DNA from: a virus
IMG/VR virus record: IMGVR_UViG_2716884767_000001
Span: 1 to 64,000 of that record
Reading direction: 5' to 3' (one strand)
DNA: 64,000 bases
How positions within the stretch are numbered: position 1 is the stretch's first letter; each line of letters begins with the position of its first letter. Below the pieces are notes generated by a model, which had not been told where the DNA came from, ran no database searches, and was given only the letters and a program-made list of their open reading frames with translations. Shown here one piece after another: positions 39,918 through 49,863 of the stretch. Made by a program: the position numbers and the translations under genes.

Positions 39918-42092
39918 ATGGCCTTAAATTTAGCATCTCCAGGTATACTAATAAGAGAAGTCGATCTCACGATTGGGAGAATTGACGGAACAACAGGTAA
40001 AGTTGGTGGAATCGTGGGATCTTTTGAAAAAGGACCTGTCGGTGAACCAACTCCTATTACAGGAGAAAATGACCTGTTTGATCAGTTTGGTAAACCATAC
40101 GATACAGATAAGCAATACGAAACATGGATGGTAGCATCTTCATACTTATCGTATGGAGGAAGTTTAAGTGTAATCAGAGCAGATGATACTGAATTAAAAA
40201 ATGGTTTTGTGGGATCTGCATCAAGTGTAAAACTGAAAAGCACTGAACACTACCAAGAATTAGGGTATCAAGAAAATGCTTTAACGACTGTAACTGTTGC
40301 TGCAAAAAATCCTGGCACATGGTCAAATGGAATTAAAGTTGCCATTATTGATAATGCAGCAGATCAAGTACTAAAAATTGATACAGTTGGTGTTGCTAGT
40401 ACAATAGTAGTTGGTATGGGTATAACACAAGCAGTTCCATCAGGAACAGTTATATCAGGTGCTGGTAGCACTAGTTTATTAGATGGTCATTTTAAAGGTA
40501 TTGTTACTGCAAAGGGAGCAGGAACTATTGATGTTAAATTCTTAAGTCATGTTTCTGCTGGAAATACCGAAACAGCACAAGACTTTAACAGCATTTACAA
40601 ATTTGGATCTGCAACAGATATATCAGTGTCTGGTAGTGGTACTACATCTGTTACTTCTGTAGTAGACTGGTTTGATCAACAAACCTATGATGTTACTACT
40701 GCTTCAGTTGGAGGAGGAACAACAATTACGACTGCTAAGTGGAATGCGGTTGCCGATAAACCAGGTACATCTGAATATGCTGCTGCTAGAGGTGGTAGAT
40801 TTGATGAAGTTCATGTTTTAGTCATTGACGCAAAAGGAACTATTTCAGGAAATGCAGGAACAATTCTTGAAAAACATCTTAACCTATCAAAAGCAAAAGA
40901 TGCAGAATTCTCAGTTGGATCACCATCTTACTGGAGAAAGTATCTTTACACAAACTCCGAAAACTTATTTGGTTTAAGTGGTTCAATAATTGGTGTTACA
41001 ACAACTGGATTTAGTGCAGACTTCACTAAGTTTGGTGATGGTGGATGGGATCAGGATGCAGAAGGAATTATTTTCAATAGTTGTGGAGCAACTAATTTAA
41101 CATTAGCAGGTGGACTTAACTACAGTGGTATCAGTACAATTACAGAAGCAGGAGCACTTAACTCTGGTTTAGGTGATTTGATTTCAGGATACCAAACATT
41201 TGAGAATGATACAATCAATAATGTTGATTTCTTACTTATGGGTGGTGGACATCTTGGTAAGGATAGCACAAGACAATTAGCAACAACAATGATTTCTGTT
41301 GCAGAGGTTAGACAGGATGCTGTTGCATTCATCTCACCATCAAGAGATACTATCTTATCAGATACAGATGATCAAACAGCCGTTACTGTTAAGAGTGATG
41401 AGGATATCACCACAGGTGTTATTGAGTTTTATGACACAATTACATCATCAACCTTTGGAGTATTTGACAGTGGGTACAAATACATGTATGATAGGTTTAA
41501 TGAAGTGTTCCGTTATGTTCCATTAAATGGAGACATTGCGGGAACATGTGCAAGAAACGACATTAACGATTTCCCTTGGTTCTCACCAGCAGGTACAGAC
41601 AGAGGAGCAATCTTAAATGCAGTTAAACTTCCATATAATCCAACTAAATTACAGAGAGATAAACTTTATTCAAATCGAATAAACCCAGTAATCAATTCAC
41701 CTGGTGCTGGAATTATCTTATTCGGTGATAAAACTGCTTTCGCAAAGGCATCAGCATTTGATAGAATCAATGTTCGCAGATTATTCATCTACCTTGAGCA
41801 AGGTATTGCAGCTGCTGCTAAAGATCAGTTATTCGAATTCAACGATGAGATCACAAGGGCAAACTTTGTGAATATTGTCGAACCTTTCCTAAGAGATGTT
41901 CAGTCCAAGAGAGGTATTCAAGATTATGTTGTTATTTGTGATGAGACAAATAACACTGCTGCTGTTATAGATAACAATGAGTTTATAGCAGATATCTTTA
42001 TCAAACCAGCAAGATCAATTAACTTCATTGGTCTTACCTTTGTCGCCACTCGAACTGGTGTATCATTCGAAGAAGTTATCGGTTCCGTTTAA
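39918..42092 (+). CDS. gp18: Tail sheath protein gp18
   Basis: SPG...REVDLT, PWFSPAG..RG, FDRINVRRLF and IKPARSINFI.L.FVATRTG. Confidence 0.98.
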   Translation: MALNLASPGILIREVDLTIGRIDGTTGKVGGIVGSFEKGPVGEPTPITGENDLFDQFGKPYDTDKQYETWMVASSYLSYGGSLSVIRADDTELKNGFVGSASSVKLKSTEHYQELGYQENALTTVTVAAKNPGTWSNGIKVAIIDNAADQVLKIDTVGVASTIVVGMGITQAVPSGTVISGAGSTSLLDGHFKGIVTAKGAGTIDVKFLSHVSAGNTETAQDFNSIYKFGSATDISVSGSGTTSVTSVVDWFDQQTYDVTTASVGGGTTITTAKWNAVADKPGTSEYAAARGGRFDEVHVLVIDAKGTISGNAGTILEKHLNLSKAKDAEFSVGSPSYWRKYLYTNSENLFGLSGSIIGVTTTGFSADFTKFGDGGWDQDAEGIIFNSCGATNLTLAGGLNYSGISTITEAGALNSGLGDLISGYQTFENDTINNVDFLLMGGGHLGKDSTRQLATTMISVAEVRQDAVAFISPSRDTILSDTDDQTAVTVKSDEDITTGVIEFYDTITSSTFGVFDSGYKYMYDRFNEVFRYVPLNGDIAGTCARNDINDFPWFSPAGTDRGAILNAVKLPYNPTKLQRDKLYSNRINPVINSPGAGIILFGDKTAFAKASAFDRINVRRLFIYLEQGIAAAAKDQLFEFNDEITRANFVNIVEPFLRDVQSKRGIQDYVVICDETNNTAAVIDNNEFIADIFIKPARSINFIGLTFVATRTGVSFEEVIGSV

Positions 42093-42112
42093 TTAATTTA
42101 GAGGTTTAAGAA

Positions 42113-42706
42113 ATGCCTTCACGTCAACAAATCAACAATATTCCACTAAGGAAAATTAGTGATTTCAAAAGTAGATTGTCTGGTGGTGGTGCTAGACCGA
42201 ACCTCTTTGAGGTAGAGTTAGCATTCCCAGATGCCGTTGCAATTGCAAACGATGTCTTACAGAAATCTAGATTTTTAGTCAAAGCAGCAGCACTTCCTGC
42301 TTCAACAATTGCTCCAGTCGAAATACCATTCAGAGGTCGTATTTTAAAAGTTGCTGGAGACAGAACATTTGAAACTTGGACTATCACAGTTATCAACGAT
42401 ACAGATTTTGTTATCAGATCTGCGATGGAAAAATGGATGAATGTAATTAACAAACTAGAAGATGCCACAGGATTAACTGATCCAGACGAGTATCATAAAG
42501 ATGCTTTTGTTCATCAGTTAGATCGTGATGGTTCAATTCTACGTTCATACAAATTCTGGGATATTTTTCCAACTAATATTTCCACAATTGATCTTAACTA
42601 CGAAACAACTGACACAATTGAACAGTTTGATGTAGAGATGCAAGTTCACTGGTGGGAAGCATTTAAAGGAACTAGCTCTCAAGCTGGTGGTGAAAATATC
42701 AGATAA
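42113..42706 (+). CDS. gp19: Tail tube protein gp19
   Basis: GGARPNLFEV and FRGR.LKVAGDRTFE.WT.TV.ND. Confidence 0.97.
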   Translation: MPSRQQINNIPLRKISDFKSRLSGGGARPNLFEVELAFPDAVAIANDVLQKSRFLVKAAALPASTIAPVEIPFRGRILKVAGDRTFETWTITVINDTDFVIRSAMEKWMNVINKLEDATGLTDPDEYHKDAFVHQLDRDGSILRSYKFWDIFPTNISTIDLNYETTDTIEQFDVEMQVHWWEAFKGTSSQAGGENIR

Positions 42707-42733
42707 ATAATAAAATACTAGTACAATTATAAT

Positions 42734-44395
42734 ATGGCACGGCTATTTGGGTTTTCTGTTGAAGATAACGAAAAAAAATCACAGTCGATAGTTTCACCCG
42801 TTCCTGAGAACAATCAGGACGGGTCTGACTATTATATACAGAGTGGGTTTTATGGTTCTTACGTAGACATCGAAGGAGTATATCGTAACGAGTTTGATTT
42901 AATTAAAAGATATAGAGAAATGGCACTTCATCCAGAGGTTGATGGTGCAATCGAAGATATTGTAAATGAAGCAATTGTAAGTGATCTATATGATTCACCA
43001 GTTGAAGTTGAATTATCTAATTTAAATGCGAGTGATAAATTAAAGAAAATAATTCGTGAAGAGTTTAAAAATATCAAAGAAATATTAGATTTTGATCGAA
43101 AGGCACATGAAATATTTCGTAACTGGTATGTTGATGGTAAATTGTGTTACCTCAAAGTTATTGATCAAAAGAGACCACAAGATGGTATTCAAGATTTAAG
43201 ATATATTGATTCACTTAAGATTAAATATATCCGTAAAGAACAGAAAAAAGATCGAAATGATTATATAAGTGTGAGAAGAAATAATGATGAAGATCCATCT
43301 ACTCTCAATCCTCAGATTGATGAATATTTTATATACACACCTGCACCAGCATATCCATCAAATCTTGCAACAGGTGGTGGTGGTAGTAAAGGAATTAAAA
43401 TTGCCAAAGATGCAATTACATATTGCACATCAGGTTTAATAGATCGAAATCGTGGAAGTGTTTTATCATATTTACATAAAGCAATTAAAGGACTCAATCA
43501 ATTAAGAATGATTGAAGATAGTCTTGTAATTTATAGATTATCAAGAGCACCAGAAAGAAGAATATTTTATATTGATGTTGGAAATCTTCCAAAGATAAAA
43601 GCAGAACAATATCTCAAAGAGGTAATGTACCGTTACCGCAATAAGTTAACTTACAATGCACAAACTGGTGAAGTTCGTGATGATCGAAAGTTCATGTCAA
43701 TGATGGAAGACTTTTGGTTACCAAGAAGAGAAGGTGGAAGAGGAACTGAAATCACAACTCTACCTGGTGGACAAAATCTTGGTGAATTATCAGATATTGA
43801 ATACTTCCAGAAAAAATTATATCGTGCACTTGCTGTTCCAGAATCACGTATAGCATCTGATGGTGGATTTAATTTAGGTCGTTCGTCCGAAATATTAAGA
43901 GATGAACTTAAGTTTGCAAAGTTTGTTGGACGTTTGAGAAAGAGATTTGCTCAGATGTTTAATGATATGTTGAAGACTCAGTTAATTCTTAAGAATATAA
44001 TCACACCCGAAGATTGGGAGTCAATTCGTGAGCATATTCAATATGATTTCTTATATGATAATCAGTTTGCAGAACTCAAAGAATCTGAATTGATGAATGA
44101 AAGACTTGGAACTCTTGCAACAATTGAACCTTATATTGGTAAATACTACTCAAATGATTATGTAAGAAGAAAGGTATTACGTCAAACTGATGCAGAGATA
44201 CTTGAAATCGATGAACAGATTGAACAAGAAATTAAAGATGGTATTATTCCAGATCCAAGTGCAGTTGATCCAATTACAGGTGAACCACTCGAAGGTGAAA
44301 TGGGAATGATGGGTGATGTTCCGACAGAACCAGATATTGATGGTGGCATTACTGATGCACAAGTACAGAAAGATACTAAATCGGCGGAGATATAA
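42734..44395 (+). CDS. gp20: Portal protein gp20
   Basis: IYRLSRAPERRIFYIDVGNLPK.KAEQYL and EDFWLPRREGGRGTEI.TLPGG. Confidence 0.99.
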   Translation: MARLFGFSVEDNEKKSQSIVSPVPENNQDGSDYYIQSGFYGSYVDIEGVYRNEFDLIKRYREMALHPEVDGAIEDIVNEAIVSDLYDSPVEVELSNLNASDKLKKIIREEFKNIKEILDFDRKAHEIFRNWYVDGKLCYLKVIDQKRPQDGIQDLRYIDSLKIKYIRKEQKKDRNDYISVRRNNDEDPSTLNPQIDEYFIYTPAPAYPSNLATGGGGSKGIKIAKDAITYCTSGLIDRNRGSVLSYLHKAIKGLNQLRMIEDSLVIYRLSRAPERRIFYIDVGNLPKIKAEQYLKEVMYRYRNKLTYNAQTGEVRDDRKFMSMMEDFWLPRREGGRGTEITTLPGGQNLGELSDIEYFQKKLYRALAVPESRIASDGGFNLGRSSEILRDELKFAKFVGRLRKRFAQMFNDMLKTQLILKNIITPEDWESIREHIQYDFLYDNQFAELKESELMNERLGTLATIEPYIGKYYSNDYVRRKVLRQTDAEILEIDEQIEQEIKDGIIPDPSAVDPITGEPLEGEMGMMGDVPTEPDIDGGITDAQVQKDTKSAEI

Positions 44396-44421
44396 ATAAA
44401 ATATAACGTTATAATTAAAAT

Positions 44422-44604
44422 ATGGAAGACATTATCGATTTGATAGCAACAGATTCTGCTGCTTCTGAGGTTACTGATAAACTCAAAGACATTCTTTTTA
44501 CAAAATCTGCAGAAAGAATTGAGTCTCAGAGACCAAATATTTCTGCGTCTATGTTTGATGAACCAGAAGAAGAATTATCACAAGAACCTCAAGAGGAGGA
44601 ATAA
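44422..44604 (+). CDS. Small acidic prohead core protein (gp67-like)
   Basis: Position after the portal, acidic tail, late promoter at 44391. Confidence 0.65.
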   Translation: MEDIIDLIATDSAASEVTDKLKDILFTKSAERIESQRPNISASMFDEPEEELSQEPQEEE

Positions 44605-44858
44605 TGAAAATTAAAGGAACTGCTGCTGCATTATCTGGCACAACACAATTTACATCATCAACTGCTGTTTGGGTCGCAAACACTGATGCTACCACAAACA
44701 AAACAGTAACTCTACGCAATACGGATGACGACGCTGATTTGGGCACATTGGTTGTTCCAGCAGCTGGTGGAGTTATTATTCACTTAAACGTCGGTGAAGG
44801 ATTACGTGGAGTAGCCGCACTTATGGCAACTCAAGTCGATTCAAATTCAGGTAGATAA
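44604..44858 (+). CDS. Hypothetical head-module protein (84 aa)
   Basis: Translationally coupled ORF between the gp67-like gene and gp21. Confidence 0.75.
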   Translation: MKIKGTAAALSGTTQFTSSTAVWVANTDATTNKTVTLRNTDDDADLGTLVVPAAGGVIIHLNVGEGLRGVAALMATQVDSNSGR

Positions 44859-44860
44859 AA

Positions 44861-45511
44861 ATGAAACTAATCACAGAAGAAATTTCAAGCGTTAAATTTA
44901 TCACCGAAGGAAAGGGTGCTAAAAAGAAGATGTATATCGAAGGTGTATTCTTGCAAGGCGATATTAAAAATCGTAATGGTAGAATGTATCCAGTATCAAC
45001 TCTTGCAAAAGAAGTTGGTAGATATAATGAATCTTTTGTACAAAAAGGTCGTGCACTTGGTGAACTTGGACATCCAGATGGTCCGACTGTAAATCTAGAT
45101 CGTGTTTCTCATAAGATTACATCTCTTCGTCAAGAAGGAAATAATTTTATAGGTAAGGCACAACTTCTTGATACACCAATGGGTAAGATTGCAAAGTCAC
45201 TTATTGGTGAAGGTGTAACACTCGGAGTTTCCTCTCGTGGTGTTGGATCATTAAAAGAAGATCGTGATGGATGCAAAGTAGTTGGTGAAGATTTTATGTT
45301 AGCAACTGCTGCAGATATCGTTGCAGATCCTTCTGCTCCTGATGCATTTGTATCTGGAATTATGGAAGGAAAAGAGTGGGTTTGGGAAGGAGGAATTCTT
45401 CGTGAACAACAAGCAACAATCACTAAAAAGAGAATCAATACTCTTGTAGATCAAGGTAGATTGGAAGAGCACAAACTGAATTTATTCAGTGATTTCTTAT
45501 CAAATCTATAA
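44861..45511 (+). CDS. gp21: Prohead protease gp21
   Basis: MKLITE, KNRNGR.YP, ALGELGHP, GVSSRG.GSL and DIVADPSAPDAFV. Confidence 0.98.
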   Translation: MKLITEEISSVKFITEGKGAKKKMYIEGVFLQGDIKNRNGRMYPVSTLAKEVGRYNESFVQKGRALGELGHPDGPTVNLDRVSHKITSLRQEGNNFIGKAQLLDTPMGKIAKSLIGEGVTLGVSSRGVGSLKEDRDGCKVVGEDFMLATAADIVADPSAPDAFVSGIMEGKEWVWEGGILREQQATITKKRINTLVDQGRLEEHKLNLFSDFLSNL

Positions 45512-45563
45512 GTTCTATAAATAAATATAGAAAAATCTCCGAAAAGGCAACAATTTACACAAC

Positions 45564-46688
45564 ATGGAAAACGTAGTAACCAAAGGAGCTCAACCTGCAG
45601 AACCAATGCAGAAGCTTACCACAGGTGGAACACCACCAACAGTAGAAGATCTAGGTGGTCCTACACCAGAAAACTATAAACCAGACGACGATTCAGCAAA
45701 ACTCAAAGATGCTGGTGCAATCCTTAAGCAAGTTAAAGATATTGTTAACAAAGGTGCAAAACCAGCAGAGCCTATGAAATCATCAGGCATGAAAGAGGAA
45801 GAAACAGAAATCGAAGGTGAAGTAGTAGCAGAAGAACCTGCTGTTGCTGAAGAGGAAGAAGTTGTAGCAGAAGAACCTGTTGCATCTGAAGAATCTGAGG
45901 TTGTTGCCGAAGAGGAAGAGGTAGAAGAGGAAGAGGTTGTTACCGAAACTATCGTCAATGTTGACGAAGATATCGAGGCACTCTTAGCAGGTGAGGAATT
46001 ATCTGAAGAGTTCCAAGAGAAAGCAAAAACAATCTTCGAAGCTGCTATCAAATCAAAAATCGCAGAAGTTAAATCAGAACTTCAAGAGCAATACGAAGCA
46101 ACTATTGTAGAAGAAGTTACTGCTGTTAAATCAGAATTAACAGAAAGAATCGACGCATACCTTGAGTATGTTGCCGATGAATGGATGTCCGAAAATCAAC
46201 TCGCAGTTGAAGCAGGACTTAAAACAGAAATGACAGAATCATTCCTTACAGGAATGAAAGGTCTATTTGAAGAACATTATGTAACAATCCCTGAAGACAA
46301 ATACGATGTACTCAATAATATGGTAGATAAACTTGATGAAATGGAAGGAAAACTCAACGAGCAAATCAATAAAAACATCGCTCTTACTAAGAGATTATCA
46401 GAATCTACTTCTGATGTAATCTTTGCAGATGTCACAGAAGGTCTTGCTGTAACACAGAAAGACAAGTTGGCAAAACTTGCAGAGAATGTTGAGTTTGATA
46501 GTGAAGACACATACCGTGAGAAACTAGTAACATTAAGGGAGTCTTATTTCCCAACTAATGGATCTAGTGTTCAAAGAAACGAAACTGAGACATTAACAGA
46601 AGGTACAGAAACAGGTCATCAAGAACCAGCAGTCACTGGTATGATGGAATCTTATCTTCAAACTCTAAGCAGAGTTTCTAAAAAATGA
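45564..46688 (+). CDS. gp22: Prohead core scaffold gp22
   Basis: Very acidic; LSEEF.EKA.TIFEAA and YLEYVA.EW..EN.LA. Confidence 0.95.
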   Translation: MENVVTKGAQPAEPMQKLTTGGTPPTVEDLGGPTPENYKPDDDSAKLKDAGAILKQVKDIVNKGAKPAEPMKSSGMKEEETEIEGEVVAEEPAVAEEEEVVAEEPVASEESEVVAEEEEVEEEEVVTETIVNVDEDIEALLAGEELSEEFQEKAKTIFEAAIKSKIAEVKSELQEQYEATIVEEVTAVKSELTERIDAYLEYVADEWMSENQLAVEAGLKTEMTESFLTGMKGLFEEHYVTIPEDKYDVLNNMVDKLDEMEGKLNEQINKNIALTKRLSESTSDVIFADVTEGLAVTQKDKLAKLAENVEFDSEDTYREKLVTLRESYFPTNGSSVQRNETETLTEGTETGHQEPAVTGMMESYLQTLSRVSKK

Positions 46689-46735
46689 TTTTTATATCAT
46701 AAATTCAAACTAAACTTTTAAAGAGGTAAATTTCA

Positions 46736-48166
46736 ATGCAAGCTCCTATTAATCACGAGCATCTGCAGAAGAAGTGGGCACCATTACTTGATTACGATGG
46801 ACTAGATCCAATCAAGGATAATCATAAGAGAATGGTTACCGCACAACTTTTGGAGAACCAAGAGACAGCAATTAGAGAAGAAAGAGAGTTTCTTTCAGAA
46901 GCTGTGCCAACAAACAGCACAGGTTCATCAGGTGCAACAGCAGGTTTCTCTGCTGGAGCAAACGCACCAGTAGCAGGTTTCGACCCTGTTCTAATCAGTT
47001 TAATCCGTCGTTCAATGCCTAACTTGGTCGCATATGACCTAGCTGGTGTTCAACCAATGACTGGACCTACTGGTTTAATTTTCGCAATGAGATCTAAGTT
47101 CAGCGGACAGTCTGGACCAGAAGCACTATTCGATGAAGCAGACACAGCGTTCTCTGCAGTTAGTGCAAGTGGTACTGCAGGAGACGTTGGTAGTGGATAT
47201 GTATCAGGATCTGACGGAGTGGCCGTTGGTTTCGGTACAACAGGTGGATCAAGTCAAGGTACAAATCCAGGCGCACTTAACCCTAATGCAGGTCAAGATG
47301 CTACTCAGTTTGCTTACAGAACTGGTCAAGGTATGGATACTGAGAACTCTGAAGCACTTGGCACAGATAGCTCACCAGCTTTCAACGAAATGGCATTCTC
47401 AATCGAGAAGGTCACCGTTACTGCGAAGTCCAGAGCACTAAAGGCAGAGTACAGTTTAGAACTTGCTCAAGACCTTAAGGCAATTCACGGTCTAAATGCT
47501 GAAGCAGAATTAGCAAATATTCTTTCAACAGAAATACTTGCTGAAATCAACAGAGAAGTTATTAGAACTATCTACAAAACTGCTGAAACTGGTGCTGCTG
47601 TTAACACTGCACAAACAGGTGTATTTGATCTTGATATCGACTCAAACGGTAGATGGTCAGTTGAGAAGTTCAAAGGACTTATCTTCCAGATCGAAAGAGA
47701 TGCAAACAGAATCGCACAGAGAACTCGTAGAGGAAAGGGTAACATGATCCTTTGTTCTGCTGACGTTGCTTCTGCATTAACAATGGCTGGTGTACTTGAC
47801 TACACTCCTGCACTTAATGCAAATCTTAACGTTGATGACACAGGTAATACATTTGCTGGTGTTCTTCAAGGTAAGTACAGAGTATACATCGACCCATTCT
47901 CTGCAAACAGTGCTACAAATCAGTACTATGTTGTAGGATACAAAGGTACATCACCTTATGATGCAGGACTGTTCTATTGCCCATACGTACCACTACAGAT
48001 GGTTCGTGCTGTGGGAGAGAACTCCTTCCAGCCAAAAATTGGCTTTAAGACCAGATATGGTATCGTTGCAAACCCATTTGCTCAAGGTACTACTGCAGGT
48101 CTTGGAAAACTTGTTAAAAACTCTAACAGATACTATCAGAGAGTTACAGTTAACAACCTTATGTAA
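46736..48166 (+). CDS. gp23: Major capsid protein gp23
   Basis: LIRRSMPNL.AYD..GVQPMTGPTGLIFAMR, AKSRALKAEYS.ELAQDLKAIHG and YCPYVPLQM. Confidence 0.99.
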   Translation: MQAPINHEHLQKKWAPLLDYDGLDPIKDNHKRMVTAQLLENQETAIREEREFLSEAVPTNSTGSSGATAGFSAGANAPVAGFDPVLISLIRRSMPNLVAYDLAGVQPMTGPTGLIFAMRSKFSGQSGPEALFDEADTAFSAVSASGTAGDVGSGYVSGSDGVAVGFGTTGGSSQGTNPGALNPNAGQDATQFAYRTGQGMDTENSEALGTDSSPAFNEMAFSIEKVTVTAKSRALKAEYSLELAQDLKAIHGLNAEAELANILSTEILAEINREVIRTIYKTAETGAAVNTAQTGVFDLDIDSNGRWSVEKFKGLIFQIERDANRIAQRTRRGKGNMILCSADVASALTMAGVLDYTPALNANLNVDDTGNTFAGVLQGKYRVYIDPFSANSATNQYYVVGYKGTSPYDAGLFYCPYVPLQMVRAVGENSFQPKIGFKTRYGIVANPFAQGTTAGLGKLVKNSNRYYQRVTVNNLM

Positions 48167-48187
48167 TTTACATATTACATACTATTC

Positions 48188-48216
48188 AAGAGATTCCTTC
48201 GGGGATCTCTTTTTTT
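48188..48216 (+). terminator. Rho-independent terminator after gp23
   Basis: AAGAGATTCC-TTCG-GGGATCTCTT followed by a T-run. Confidence 0.92.
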
Positions 48217-48232
48217 GTGTATAAATACTCAT

Positions 48233-48367
48233 ATGAAGGATAAGAAAGCAGCTAAAAAAATAATTAAAATTGCAAAATGTTGCCCAGAATATTACTCAGA
48301 AGCAGAAGTAACTTACGCAAAAATTATTAAAAAACGAATTAAGCATCTTGAAAAAGATTCTAAATAG
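48233..48367 (+). CDS. Small basic late protein (44 aa, MKDKKAAKKIIKIAK...)
   Basis: Translated by hand; TATAAATA at 48220. Confidence 0.65.
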   Translation: MKDKKAAKKIIKIAKCCPEYYSEAEVTYAKIIKKRIKHLEKDSK

Positions 48368-48378
48368 TTAAAAAACTG

Positions 48379-48627
48379 ATGAAACATTTTCGCAAATTCA
48401 TGGAGGAAATTGACTCCACTGAAAAATCAGTGGATAACAGAGCTGATGCTGCAAAAAAGAAATTTGAAATTCAAAAAATGAAAACAAAAAGTGAACTTGA
48501 ATCAACTAGAGAAAAAATAAAAGATTCAGGAAAAAGATCTACATCAATGTTTAACAAACATAAATCAGTTAAATTAAATAAAAGCACAGGTCAACTACCA
48601 AGTTTTAATAAAAAGGAGGAAAAATAA
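48379..48627 (+). CDS. Basic protein with CTS-like N-terminus; putative internal head protein
   Basis: MKHFRKFMEE resembles the T4 CTS MKTYQEFIAE; CTAAATA at 48360. Confidence 0.65.
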   Translation: MKHFRKFMEEIDSTEKSVDNRADAAKKKFEIQKMKTKSELESTREKIKDSGKRSTSMFNKHKSVKLNKSTGQLPSFNKKEEK

Positions 48628-48860
48628 TGCCTTATCATATCAAAAAAACAAGTGTTTTAGGAAATGCAGTGCCAACAAATGGTGCTGAATATTATGCTGG
48701 AGATAATAAATGGACTAATGTCTATGAGAATCGTAAAGTATATGCAAATGAATCGGATGCAAATGCTCAAAAAGCAACGACTGTAAGTCGTACTATTGGT
48801 GATAAAACGTATACATACACACCATCTTGGTTTAAAAATAGCACAGTAGTCGAAGAATAA
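48627..48860 (+). CDS. Conserved cyanophage hypothetical protein (77 aa)
   Basis: MPYHIKK..YY.G.N.W motif; coupled to gp3. Confidence 0.8.
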   Translation: MPYHIKKTSVLGNAVPTNGAEYYAGDNKWTNVYENRKVYANESDANAQKATTVSRTIGDKTYTYTPSWFKNSTVVEE

Positions 48861-49408
48861 TGGCAAGAATTTATTCCAATCAAATTGAAAATCGTAATTT
48901 TTTATCTCCAATTGGATTTAAATTTACATTATCAAAAACACCAAAGGTAACATTCTTCTCAAACTCAAGTCGTATTCCTGAGATATCTCTTGGTACAGCA
49001 TTACAACCAAGTTACCTAAAAGATATTGATATACCTGGTGATAAGTTACAGTATGGTGAATTTTCTCTTCGATTCTTGGTTGATGAGAATATGGAAAACT
49101 ATATGTCAATACATAATTGGTTGACAGGACTTGGATATCCAGAAACAACAGAGCAATTTAAAAAGGCAACAACAAATGAAGATGGACAAAGAGATAGAGA
49201 AATAATTTTTAGTGATGGTAATCTACACATACTGAATAGTAATTTTAATACAACAGCAATCGTTAAGTTCTTTGATCTATTTCCAATCAGTTTATCCTCT
49301 CTCGAATTTGAAGCAACAGACACAGATGTCAATTACTTTACAGCAGATGCAATTTTTCGATATACAGTGTATAATATAGTTAAACCCGACGGAAGAACTC
49401 CTTTATGA
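48860..49408 (+). CDS. gp3: Tail completion/tube terminator gp3
   Basis: NRNFLSP.GFKF and PGDKL.Y....RFLVDE..ENY..I..W. Confidence 0.92.
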   Translation: MARIYSNQIENRNFLSPIGFKFTLSKTPKVTFFSNSSRIPEISLGTALQPSYLKDIDIPGDKLQYGEFSLRFLVDENMENYMSIHNWLTGLGYPETTEQFKKATTNEDGQRDREIIFSDGNLHILNSNFNTTAIVKFFDLFPISLSSLEFEATDTDVNYFTADAIFRYTVYNIVKPDGRTPL

Positions 49409-49836
49409 ATCTTGATGAAATTCAGGAGATGTGGGAACGTGATGCAACCATTGATCCTGATAACCTACATGATGAGTCACTAAAAATACCTCAGTTACAC
49501 GCAAAGTATTATACTGTTTATAATACCATTACTTTGATGCGCGAGAAAGCAAAAGATCAAAAAGCAAAGATTAAATTGGAAAGATATAATTACTACACAG
49601 GAAAGGCAGATCCTAAAGTTTACGAAGAGGAACCATTTCCGTATAAGGTTAGAGAAAAGGATGCCATACAGAGGCACCTAGATGCCGATGAGAGGTTAAC
49701 TAAGATAGATTTAAAGATAAGATATTACGACACAACTCTTAAGTTTCTGGAAGAAATAATACGCATCATATCAAATCGCACTTATCAGATTAAAAATGCA
49801 ATTGAGTGGCATCGTTTTCAGTCTGGATTTACATAA
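49405..49836 (+). CDS. uvsY: Recombination mediator UvsY
   Basis: ESLKIPQLHAKY, YYTGKA and R.YQIKNAIEW. Confidence 0.93.
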   Translation: MNLDEIQEMWERDATIDPDNLHDESLKIPQLHAKYYTVYNTITLMREKAKDQKAKIKLERYNYYTGKADPKVYEEEPFPYKVREKDAIQRHLDADERLTKIDLKIRYYDTTLKFLEEIIRIISNRTYQIKNAIEWHRFQSGFT

Positions 49837-49863
49837 CTAAATAAAATCAGATGAGCATATTTT

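Noticed and set aside
45820-45945. VVAEE repeats in gp22
   Set aside because: Ordinary acidic low-complexity region of T4-like scaffold proteins.
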